From NCBI GenBank assembly GCA_030615205.1, contig JAUWZS010000002.1:200082-264081 (forward strand): DNA of 64,000 nucleotides. Direction: 5' to 3'. The position numbers and the translations under genes were made by a program. The notes under the pieces were generated by a model. It had not been told where the DNA came from. It made no database searches and saw only the letters and a program-made list of their open reading frames with translations. This document shows, in pieces, positions 20,090-28,696 of this stretch. Within the stretch, counting starts at the first letter, position 1, and each line of letters begins with the position of its first letter. The stretch is from Candidatus Aenigmatarchaeota archaeon. Lineage in GTDB: Archaea; Aenigmatarchaeota; Aenigmatarchaeia; CG10238-14; SCSR01.

Positions 20090-20191
20090 TCAATCCATAT
20101 TCTTCCTGCACTCTTCTGAACAATAGAAGTAGCCTTTGAACTTGAGTTTGGAAAAAGGTATGTCCTTGCCGCACCAATTGCATTTCTTCAT
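20090..20191 (-). CDS. 33-aa Cys4 zinc-finger microprotein, copy 2
   Basis: MKKCNWCGKDIPFSKLKFKGYFYCSEECRKNMD*. Confidence 0.8.
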   Translation of the reverse strand: MKKCNWCGKDIPFSKLKFKGYFYCSEECRKNMD

Positions 20192-20256
20192 ATAATCATT
20201 TAAGCAGGAAGGCTTTAATTGTCCAGAACCTCTTTGAAAAATTCCTCAAGGAATGA

Positions 20257-20298
20257 ACGCCCAGGGTGGGAGTCATCGGCTTGAGGTGGATTTTGGTG
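20257..20298 (-). repeat. tRNA-Ser 3'-end copy (att-like)
   Basis: ACGCCCAGGGTGGGAGTCATCGGCTTGAGGTGGATTTTGGTG; the first 15 nt are identical to the tRNA end. Confidence 0.88.
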
Positions 20299-20358
20299 GA
20301 ACAACGTTCTTTTACCAAGAAGAATTTTTCAAGGAAATCTACATCAGCAAGAAAAAAG

Positions 20359-21150
20359 TTACATGCTTTTCAACAGAAGTTTTCCTCTCTGCCAATCGTT
20401 TATCAGCGCGAAGTATACACGTTTTTCATCTATCTTCCCACCTTTTTTCAACATGTTCCTGGCTTTTCCTATCTCCTCGATAATATCTTCAAACTCTTTG
20501 TCACCGATTTTAATGCTGTAGAATTCTTCAAGACGTTTTATCCCACTGTCGAGGAAGATCGTGACTATCTCCCTCGCAACCGCTTCAGGATCAGCGATCT
20601 TTGAGGGGTCCAATGTGCCGATTAGCGCGTGCTTGAGTTCGCTGTCTTCCCCTGTTAAAGGAATGATGCCGGGCGTGTCGATGAGTCCCACGTCAGAGCT
20701 GACGCGTACCCATTGGAATCCCCTTGTCTGGCCTGGTCTTGGACCTGTCTTTGCCCTTCTACGGCCGGCCAGTGCATTGATAAGCGATGATTTGCCTGTG
20801 TTCGGATAACCTATGACACCAATTTTCAGGAACTCGCCAGGCCTGGACCGTTTTTTAACTATTTCGAATATCTTCTTTTTCAGGAGAGTTATACCGCGTC
20901 GCTCTCTACTAGAGACAGACACACATGGAAAAGTTTTGTCAAGCGTTTGTCTGTGCTGTTTGACTGTCTTTTCCGAAACTAAATCCGCTTTGTTTATTAC
21001 GAGAATCAGTGGTTTCCCAGCCAGTTTGGCAAGGCGCTCTGCATCCTTGTTCCTTGTAAGTTCAGGCATCCTCGCGTCCAGCACTTCTACAATTACGTCC
21101 GACTCTTCGATAACTTCTTTAACAATGTCCCAAAAATCTCTCATCGACAT
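20359..21150 (-). CDS. Circularly permuted GTPase, RbgA/YlqF family
   Basis: DARMP, NKAD, GYPNTGKSS and DTPG appear in G4-G1-G3 order. Confidence 0.93.
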   Translation of the reverse strand: MSMRDFWDIVKEVIEESDVIVEVLDARMPELTRNKDAERLAKLAGKPLILVINKADLVSEKTVKQHRQTLDKTFPCVSVSSRERRGITLLKKKIFEIVKKRSRPGEFLKIGVIGYPNTGKSSLINALAGRRRAKTGPRPGQTRGFQWVRVSSDVGLIDTPGIIPLTGEDSELKHALIGTLDPSKIADPEAVAREIVTIFLDSGIKRLEEFYSIKIGDKEFEDIIEEIGKARNMLKKGGKIDEKRVYFALINDWQRGKLLLKSM

Positions 21151-21208
21151 AAGAATTGATTAGTATTTCTATGAATAAGGTTTTTGAGTTTCTTTATTGA
21201 GGAATAGA

Positions 21209-21345
21209 CGCCCAGGGTGGGATTTGAACCCACAAGGACCGAAGTCCGCTAGCTCTCTGCGTTTTTTATTTTTAGCAAGAGCTTAGCAGGCTCGCACGGC
21301 TTTACGCAAAAGCCTTAGTGCCCTACCGGGTTAGGCGACCTGGGC
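21209..21345 (-). tRNA. tRNA-Ser(GCT) with two BHB introns (29/30: 21292-21315; 37/38: 21255-21283)
   Basis: Acceptor stem GCCCAGG/CCTGGGC, discriminator G73 and a long variable arm. Removing both introns gives CTAGC-CTGCTAA-GCTAG. Confidence 0.88.
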
Positions 21346-21446
21346 TTGCTTAATTTTAATTGATTGTTGCTTCCTTAAATTCTTTTCACGAATTTTAAAT
21401 ATTAATTCTTACATATTCATATTAAGATTATCGAGGTGAAAATTTA

Positions 21447-21734
21447 ATGCCTATAACTGTAAAAGATATTGGAGATATGTTTGGAAAGGATGTTTTCACT
21501 AATAAAGGATTCTACGCTGGCAAGGTATCGGATATGGAATTCGACCTTTCACGCTTCAAAGTCCGATCAGTCGTTATCGAGGCTGCTAAAGGGGGTATGC
21601 TTGGAAAGCTGGTCGGTGGGAAGAAAGGAATAATCATACCTTATCCAATGATACAAGCAATTGGCGATGTAGTGCTCATAAAGCACATAACTAGCGCGGA
21701 GATATCAGAAGAGACAGAAGCAGTAGAAGCGTAA
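21447..21734 (+). CDS. PRC-barrel protein (CdpB-like)
   Basis: GKDVFTNKG..GKVSD and IIPYPMIQAIGDVVLI motifs; adjacent to ftsZ. Confidence 0.88.
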   Translation: MPITVKDIGDMFGKDVFTNKGFYAGKVSDMEFDLSRFKVRSVVIEAAKGGMLGKLVGGKKGIIIPYPMIQAIGDVVLIKHITSAEISEETEAVEA

Positions 21735-22064
21735 GTGTAGAATTGTAAATAGCAAAAAAACTTTTCAAAACATCCGAAAATTAAGACATCCTTATCCTTA
21801 TTTTACTTAATTCAATGCTGTATTATGTACTAAATTCTAAATAAAATTAAGACTCTTCAAGACTCGACTCCGGGAAAAATAAAAAATCACCAATCTTCTT
21901 CATCATCTAACAATGGGTCCCATATATCCTCGTCCATGAAACCAACCAGTGCTTTTCTTCTCTCTTCTTACCCCTTTGGCTTTTTCTCCAACTTTACGCT
22001 CGTTAAGTTTCCCTTCTCCTCCAAAAAAAAGAAAAATAAGGGAGAGGGCGTCCAAAGATAGCTT

Positions 22065-23213
22065 CTATCTTATGACGTCTATTCCCAAAGTTTGGCTAAT
22101 TTCCTTGACTACAGGCTTCTCAAAGCTAACTGGCCCCAAGATGTATGGAGATTTGACACCAGTTATTATGCTGATGACCTGCACTTTACCCTCGAACTCA
22201 GGCAAAATGCGAGCTCCCCAGAATACCTGTGCAGACGGATCTAGATGCTGTGCTACTGCCTCGCCAATCAAATTGACTTCATCCAAACGCAAGTCTGGCC
22301 CGCCAGTTATGTGTATCAACGCACCTGCCGCGCCTGTGTAATCGACTTCAAGCAGCGGATTAAGTAAAGCTCTTGTTATAGCATCCTTAGCACGATCGCT
22401 ACTGTTGCTTTCGCCAACACCAATCGCGGCCACGCCACCTGCATGCATTACTGCTCGGACATCTGCGTAGTCCAAGTTTACTAAGCTTGGAAGTGTTATT
22501 GTTTCTGTAATGCCTTTTACCATGCTTGCTATGAGCTCGTCTGCTACTGCAAATGCATTCTGGATGGTCATGTTGCCTGCATATTTCAACAGCTTGTCGT
22601 TTTCGATAACGATGGCTGTATCGCATACTTGTCTCAATGCAGCCAAACCGTCCTCCGCTTTTGCAATACGAGAGCCTTCGAGCTTGAATGGCATTGTAAC
22701 TACTGCTATTACTATTGCGCCTTGCTGTTTAGACATCTCACATACCACAGGTATAGCTCCTGTACCAGTCCCCTTGCCAAGTCCTGCCAAAGCGAATACT
22801 AGATCTGCGTCTTCTATTGCATCTTTGATTTCATTCCTACTTTCTTCAGCACATTTTCTGCCAATCTCTGGGTAACCGCCACATCCCAAACCACGAGTAA
22901 GTTCTTTTCCAATTAATATCTTTTTGTCAGCCTTACCAACAGCAAGATGTTTAGCATCGGAATTTAATGAAATTGTATATGCACCTTCTATGCCCATCTC
23001 TGTCAGCCTAGTGACTGCGTTCTGTCCAGCACCACCGCAACCGACCACGATTATCTTCGCCTTTTTGACTGAAAAACCGAACTCTTGCTCGGCCAGCTTG
23101 TAGTAATCTACATTAGCATAGGTAGCACCAGAAGTGCTTTCTAGTTTGAACCTCGTTTCTGGAGAATCTTTGCCAAGGGTTTTGTTGAGAGCGCCCTTTA
23201 TTATTGAATCCAT
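22065..23213 (-). CDS. ftsZ: Cell division protein FtsZ
   Basis: VGCGGAGQN, GLGKGTGTG, PFKLEG and NLDYADVR motifs. Confidence 0.96.
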   Translation of the reverse strand: MDSIIKGALNKTLGKDSPETRFKLESTSGATYANVDYYKLAEQEFGFSVKKAKIIVVGCGGAGQNAVTRLTEMGIEGAYTISLNSDAKHLAVGKADKKILIGKELTRGLGCGGYPEIGRKCAEESRNEIKDAIEDADLVFALAGLGKGTGTGAIPVVCEMSKQQGAIVIAVVTMPFKLEGSRIAKAEDGLAALRQVCDTAIVIENDKLLKYAGNMTIQNAFAVADELIASMVKGITETITLPSLVNLDYADVRAVMHAGGVAAIGVGESNSSDRAKDAITRALLNPLLEVDYTGAAGALIHITGGPDLRLDEVNLIGEAVAQHLDPSAQVFWGARILPEFEGKVQVISIITGVKSPYILGPVSFEKPVVKEISQTLGIDVIR

Positions 23214-23667
23214 GTTCTTTCCTCCTTTTCATTTTCTCCTTTCATTCCTCTCATTTCCTCAATTTCATTTGGTGCAAAATATGTTTTGCACAATCGAAAA
23301 CTGTTTATAAAGTCTTCGACTAATCTATGTTTACAAAGAATTAGTGGTATAGAACCATCTGTACCCAAAACCTAAACCTAAAACCTAATACTTCTTTGTT
23401 CTAACCCTAATAAATCGTTTTATATACTGTCTCCTATATTTCGTCGTATTGTAATCCATATTAATAACAATATGGTATATCGCTTTGTATACTGTATCGA
23501 CTACAGGATTTAACGCCTAATCGTGATAATTTTTCCACTAATTTGCAATAACATAGGGCTTTGTTTAATAAGTGTAGAAATTAGCTGACTTTTTAAACAG
23601 AATGCTTAGTTTTAAACAAAAATATAATCTTTAAATAGATGATTTCATTTTTATTGACTAGATTGAA

Positions 23668-24138
23668 ATGTTGAGAGAATATAATTTAGAAGCTATTGCT
23701 CACTATGCCATAGGTCTTAGTATACTTCCTATGTCAATACATTTTGGTGAAAATGCAGTTAAAAGAGAATTGTTGAAAATGTATCATCTAGCTTGGGCAG
23801 CAGAATATGGAGAAGAGAGTATGCGAAATATTAATACGGCGATGGGCTTCGCTGAAACATACAGATGTGGTGAAATATACAAATTCGATGAAGGGGAAGA
23901 GGAAGTGTGGAAAAGAGTAGTAAGGGCAATTGATCTTGCTGTACACATGTCAAAAGTTGAAGATACAGTCTCACGTTTTTGGTTGTCATGGGGGCCTTTT
24001 GAAATTTTAACGGGTCAGTATGAAGAAGGACTTGAAAGAAAGTTGAGGTTTTCCAAAGCACTAAAAGAAATTGGATTTGACAAAATGTTGGAAGAAGAAC
24101 TAAAGAGTGGACGAAGGAAAATAGATGACTTTTTTTAA
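23668..24138 (+). CDS. Hypothetical protein
   Basis: 156-aa ORF with a TATA-like box upstream; no motif recognised. Confidence 0.65.
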   Translation: MLREYNLEAIAHYAIGLSILPMSIHFGENAVKRELLKMYHLAWAAEYGEESMRNINTAMGFAETYRCGEIYKFDEGEEEVWKRVVRAIDLAVHMSKVEDTVSRFWLSWGPFEILTGQYEEGLERKLRFSKALKEIGFDKMLEEELKSGRRKIDDFF

Positions 24139-24324
24139 ACAAACACGACTTATTAAACAAAGCCATAACATAGCAAAGATTTAAATATTCCTTATTAGAA
24201 ATTTAACAAAGGTGTAAAAAGTGAAGGGTGAATGTTTTAATATCCGCTGATTCTGACTTTTATTTAGCCCTTATTTTAATTCCTAGAACAATACATAAAC
24301 AAATTAGAGATAGGAGGAGTTATT

Positions 24325-25689
24325 ATGAGCGATGCTTCAAAGAAAGATAAAATTACAAAGAAAGATAAGACTATGGACAAAGCGATCGAAAAAGGCGATT
24401 TCATAGAAATTGGAGAGATTCTGCACGGCAAAAAGACCGGCAGCGTAAGTTTGCGTGGCTGGCTGGCGCACAAGCGATCGAGCGGCGGTATACAGTTCAT
24501 TATACTCCGCGATCCGAGTGGGTTTATTCAATGCACGCTCAGCAAGGACATTGATCCGAAAGTATTTGATGAAATTGAGGCACTGCCAATAGAATCTGTT
24601 ATTGCAATCGATGGTGAAGCAAGAGCAGACAAGCGTGCGCCGAGCGGGCATGAAGTTTCGATTAAAAAAGTAGATATCCTTTTCAAAGCTGAGCCGGATT
24701 GGCCGATTGTAAAGAAAAAACACGGACCTGAGTTTTTACTTGACAAGCGACACTTATGGCTGCGCAGCGACAAAATGCAAGCTATGCTTCGCGTGCGGTC
24801 AAAGCTTATTGAAATCGCTCGCCAGTGGCTTTTAGAGCACGGATATATAGAATTCCAATCACCGATATTTATCACAGCTGCATGCGAAGGCGGTTCCACA
24901 CTTTTCCCTGTTGAATATTTCGGCCGACAAGCCTATTTGACGCAAAGCTGGCAGCTGCATGCAGAAGCAGCCATATCAAGCATAGGCAAGATTTTCACAC
25001 TTGCACCAAGTTTTCGTGCAGAAAAGTCGCGCACACGCAGGCATCTGGCTGAATATTGGCATTTGGAGGCTGAAGAGCCTTTTTGTGATTTAGAAGGAAC
25101 TATGAAGATGCAAGAGCAGTTTGTATCGCATATATGCCAGCACTTGGCAAAAGAAATGCCAGAGCAACTCAAACTTTTCGGCCGCGATCCGAAAGAGATG
25201 TTAGCTGTAAAGCATCCTCTTCAGCGAATAACGTATGATGAAGCCATTGAAATAATAAAGAAAGGAGGCGGTGATATCAAGTGGGGAGACGATCTGACTT
25301 GGGTGCACGAGAAGATACTTACAAAAAAGCATAAAGTGCCGTTTTTCGTTTACAAATACCCGAAAGGTGTAAAAGCATTTTATCATATGCCAGATCCAAA
25401 AGATCCGCGAGTCACGCTCTCAGCAGACCTTATGGCACCCGAAGGGTACGGCGAACTCACTGGCGGTGGGCAGAGAATACACGATTTTAAACAGATGATG
25501 AAAAGGTTGAAGGAAGAAAAACTGGATCCGAAAGCGTATGAGTGGTATATCGACCTGCGTAAGTGGGGGAGCGTACCGCATTCAGGATTTGGTATGGGTA
25601 TCGAGCGTATGCTAATGTGGATACTAAAACTCGAACATATCCGAGATGCTATTGCATTCCCACGCACGCTCACAAGACACTATCCATAA
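24325..25689 (+). CDS. asnS: Asparaginyl-tRNA synthetase
   Basis: OB fold, YLTQSWQL, FRAEKSRTRRHL and PHSGFGMGIER motifs; followed by tRNA-Asn. Confidence 0.93.
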   Translation: MSDASKKDKITKKDKTMDKAIEKGDFIEIGEILHGKKTGSVSLRGWLAHKRSSGGIQFIILRDPSGFIQCTLSKDIDPKVFDEIEALPIESVIAIDGEARADKRAPSGHEVSIKKVDILFKAEPDWPIVKKKHGPEFLLDKRHLWLRSDKMQAMLRVRSKLIEIARQWLLEHGYIEFQSPIFITAACEGGSTLFPVEYFGRQAYLTQSWQLHAEAAISSIGKIFTLAPSFRAEKSRTRRHLAEYWHLEAEEPFCDLEGTMKMQEQFVSHICQHLAKEMPEQLKLFGRDPKEMLAVKHPLQRITYDEAIEIIKKGGGDIKWGDDLTWVHEKILTKKHKVPFFVYKYPKGVKAFYHMPDPKDPRVTLSADLMAPEGYGELTGGGQRIHDFKQMMKRLKEEKLDPKAYEWYIDLRKWGSVPHSGFGMGIERMLMWILKLEHIRDAIAFPRTLTRHYP

Positions 25690-25759
25690 AATTAAAACAA
25701 AACAAGATAAGAATTTAAACAACGTAAGAAATAGTGTATAATAAAAAATGTAATGGGAT

Positions 25760-25831
25760 GCCTCGGTAGCTTAGTGGTAGAGCAACTGGCTGTTAACCAG
25801 TAGGTCATGCGTTCAAATCGCATCCGAGGCG
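25760..25831 (+). tRNA. tRNA-Asn(GTT)
   Basis: Acceptor GCCTCGG/CCGAGGC; anticodon arm ACTGG-CTGTTAA-CCAGT. Confidence 0.95.
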
Positions 25832-25907
25832 TTTTTTAATTTTTTAAATTTAGAAATTTCAATAAAACTAATATTTTTATATAGCAGGAACTGAATCTTT
25901 ACATCGG

Positions 25908-25981
25908 GGGCCCGTGGTATAACTTGGATAACACACCTGGCTTCGGACCAGGAATTGCGCGTTCAAATCGCGTCGGGCTCA
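25908..25981 (+). tRNA. tRNA-Arg(TCG)
   Basis: Acceptor GGGCCCG/CGGGCTC; anticodon arm CCTGG-CTTCGGA-CCAGG. Confidence 0.92.
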
Positions 25982-26172
25982 CTTTTTAAGCTAATCTTAG
26001 AAAAAAAGATGCATTATATGGCGAGGTTCTAATATATAAATATTTTTCAAATCTATTCTGAACGATAACAATAAAAATAACTAAAAAACACTATAATAGG
26101 ATTCACCCAGCATATGAAGACTTATATGCTTAACATATAGAGATAGTTGAGGTAGTTCAAAGAGGAAATAAT

Positions 26173-26865
26173 ATGAAATACTCGAAAGGTATAACCAAAT
26201 CGGACAGAATAAAAGGCTTTATAAGCGATGCTATAAAGGACCCGAAAGGTATCGTCGAGTCTGTAAAGTTTGGTTTAAGACTAAGACTAAGATCTTTTAA
26301 TAATCCTGTGTTTGCAAAAAAAATCGAAGGTCTATTCTTACCCAGCAACGCAATAATAATGTGCATACTCGCGCTTGCTTCGTATATTTTCATATTCGGT
26401 CCTGGCGCGCATCCAACCTTTAGCACAATAGTCTTGTTTATGGCATTTTCCTCTTTGAGTTTTGTTGTAATGGAATTCATAAGCAAGCATGTGACTGACC
26501 CTGAAAAATTCAACATAACCTCACTAAGGTTGACTATAGTATCCCTAATAATACCTTTAATGCTTATGCATACGGTCGGTATGCCACAGATGTTCGTATT
26601 TGGCATAATAACTTTTCTGATAATGTCGCCATTGGTTTTTGTCATACGCTCAAAATGGAAGATAAGCGGACATACGTGTACCTTTACAGCTATAACTACA
26701 ATTATGTCTATGGCAAACGGTTGGTTTGCCGCATTATATCTTATAATACCGGTAATAAGCTGGTCCAGATTGAAACTGAAAGCACATACAAAAGCGCAAG
26801 TAATCGTTGGCATGTTGATCGGCTTTTTCACACCATTGACTTTTTCTGTAGTGCTCCTGGCGTAA
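26173..26865 (+). CDS. Membrane protein, PAP2-like superfamily
   Basis: Multiple TM helices with KISGH and WSRLKLKAHT..QV..G motifs. Confidence 0.75.
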   Translation: MKYSKGITKSDRIKGFISDAIKDPKGIVESVKFGLRLRLRSFNNPVFAKKIEGLFLPSNAIIMCILALASYIFIFGPGAHPTFSTIVLFMAFSSLSFVVMEFISKHVTDPEKFNITSLRLTIVSLIIPLMLMHTVGMPQMFVFGIITFLIMSPLVFVIRSKWKISGHTCTFTAITTIMSMANGWFAALYLIIPVISWSRLKLKAHTKAQVIVGMLIGFFTPLTFSVVLLA

Positions 26866-26930
26866 ATTACTTCCAGTGTAAAAAGCTTATTTTTATAAAT
26901 AGAAAAGAAAGAATTTTCTATACATCATCA

Positions 26931-27005
26931 GCTCCCTTAGTCTAGCCCGGTCAAGGATTTCGGTTTCTCGAACCGACGACGGGGGTTCAAATCCCCCAGG
27001 GAGCA
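26931..27005 (+). tRNA. tRNA-Glu(CTC)
   Basis: Acceptor GCTCCCT/AGGGAGC; anticodon arm TCGGT-TTCTCGA-ACCGA. Confidence 0.95.
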
Positions 27006-27018
27006 TTTTGATTTTATT

Positions 27019-27104
27019 GCAGGGGTCCCGTAGTCTGGTCAATCGGGCGAGGCTTAGGACCTCGTGGCTTAGTGCCTTCGTGAGTTCAAATCTCACCCCC
27101 TGCA
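27019..27104 (+). tRNA. tRNA-Leu(TAG)
   Basis: Acceptor GCAGGGG/CCCCTGC; anticodon arm CGAGG-CTTAGGA-CCTCG; variable arm present. Confidence 0.95.
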
Positions 27105-27205
27105 TCATTTTTGTAGAAAAATCCTTCTTAATCGTTAGCAGACCAAACCGAAGGCGAAGCGTTGAGCAAGTATCGCTGAATTTTTATAATATTCAAGTTT
27201 ACTAA

Positions 27206-27745
27206 ATGTATATGAACAAAATAAATCATTTTATGTTTGCTGTAGGTTTGTGCTTGATTTTTTTTGAATTAAATTTTATATTAAATTTTATCAATCTGGC
27301 TTTCATAATCATATTTTCATTAATATTTGGAGTTTTGATTGACTATGATTACAAATTTAATAGAAAAGCTCCATGGTATCATAAGAGAACATGGATACAA
27401 GAGCCATTAGGATTTATTTTGGTTGGTCTGCCTCTCGCATTTATTTTAAGTTTATTTAACAAAAACTTCTTTATTTTAGTTTTGGCTCCATATTTTTCTC
27501 ATGTACTTCTAGATTATCTATGCATTTTTGGAACATACCCGCTCGCGCCTTTTTCAAAAATAAAGAAAAAGGAAGGTTTTGGCATTTTTATTCCAGATGA
27601 TTTGTTTATTAAATCTGAAAATCCGAGAAATTGGACAAGAAGAGTTAAAGTTAAGAAGATTAAAGGAATTTCAGAAAATTATTTTACAATATTTAATTTA
27701 ATTTTACTTATTACTATTCTTCTTTTCAAACTCAAAATTTTCTAA
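27206..27745 (+). CDS. Membrane-bound metal-dependent hydrolase (YdjM/DUF457-like)
   Basis: N-terminal His, LIDYD, RTWIQEP and SHVLLD motifs. Confidence 0.75.
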   Translation: MYMNKINHFMFAVGLCLIFFELNFILNFINLAFIIIFSLIFGVLIDYDYKFNRKAPWYHKRTWIQEPLGFILVGLPLAFILSLFNKNFFILVLAPYFSHVLLDYLCIFGTYPLAPFSKIKKKEGFGIFIPDDLFIKSENPRNWTRRVKVKKIKGISENYFTIFNLILLITILLFKLKIF

Positions 27746-27796
27746 TGTGATCCTAGATATAAGAAAAGTCCATGATTTAACTACAACTAGTATGCA

Positions 27797-27810
27797 CACC
27801 CCCTGCATTA
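27797..27810 (+). repeat. tRNA-Leu 3'-end copy
   Basis: CACCCCCTGCATTA compared with tRNA end CACCCCCTGCATCA. Confidence 0.75.
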
Positions 27811-27877
27811 CACCTTTAGTGAGTTTTCAGTGACACAAATTGCATCTCTTTTTAAGTTTTTCTCATAAAATAATATC

Positions 27878-28522
27878 ATGATAATAAAAGCAGTCATATT
27901 CGATTGGGGAGATGTTTATCTCAATTGGAAAAGAGAATTTTGGAATGTTATAGCTGAAAGAATAAATGTGGGAATAGACGCTTTGGAAGAAGAAGTTAAG
28001 AAATATTGGGATTTATTGGGTAAGGGAACTATTGACGATAAAGAATTTTGGAACAGATTGGGAGAAAGTTTAAAAATAAAGATTCCTGATAATTCGGAGA
28101 TGTGGGTTGAAGAAAGATTTAGAGAAGATTTTTCGGTGAACAAAGGTGTAGAAGCTATTGCAAGAAATATGGCGAAATTTGGGTACAAAACAGCTTTACT
28201 TTCTAACACTGAAAAGACTAGTCTTAGTTATGGAAAAAGAAATGGGTGGACAAAATACTTCGATATAATAATAGCCTCTTGTGATTTCGGTATAATGAAA
28301 CCAGATGAAAAGATATATAAAATAGCTTTAAATAAAATTGGAGAAAGCCCAGAACATTGTATTTTTATAGAAAATGATATCAGATACACAGAGGTGGCGA
28401 AAAAATTAGGAATGAACACCATTTTATTCGACAATAGAAAGCAGGATATAAATTATCTAAAGACAGAATTGATTAAGCTTGGTGTAAAGAGAGAAATTTT
28501 TGAAAATTTGAGTAAGTCTTAA
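27878..28522 (+). CDS. HAD-family hydrolase
   Basis: VIFDWGDV, LLSN, KPD and FIEND motifs. Confidence 0.9.
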   Translation: MIIKAVIFDWGDVYLNWKREFWNVIAERINVGIDALEEEVKKYWDLLGKGTIDDKEFWNRLGESLKIKIPDNSEMWVEERFREDFSVNKGVEAIARNMAKFGYKTALLSNTEKTSLSYGKRNGWTKYFDIIIASCDFGIMKPDEKIYKIALNKIGESPEHCIFIENDIRYTEVAKKLGMNTILFDNRKQDINYLKTELIKLGVKREIFENLSKS

Positions 28523-28606
28523 TGATTTCAAATTTCCAGTGTTACGATTGTAAGTGCACTGGATTAACATTCTGTGCATTGTGTGTATAAGAATAATAAT
28601 CGCATG

Positions 28607-28622
28607 CACCCTCTGCATCATT
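28607..28622 (+). repeat. tRNA-Leu 3'-end copy
   Basis: CACCCTCTGCATCATT compared with CACCCCCTGCATCATT (15/16 identical). Confidence 0.75.
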
Positions 28623-28696
28623 GTCTTTCAACCAGAAAAGATACTTATTTCTTTTATCAATAATTATTCACATCCTTCGTATCCTTCTTATCTTTT

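Noticed and set aside
23214-23667. AAACCT repeats and a long intergenic region upstream of ftsZ as a possible replication origin
   Set aside because: No ORB-like boxes or cdc6/orc1 gene are visible, so the evidence is insufficient.
24325-25831. asnS directly followed by tRNA-Asn
   Set aside because: The pairing is neat, but there is no sign of mobility or novelty.
26893-27205. ORFs overlapping the tRNA-Glu and tRNA-Leu genes
   Set aside because: They are spurious translations of tRNA genes.
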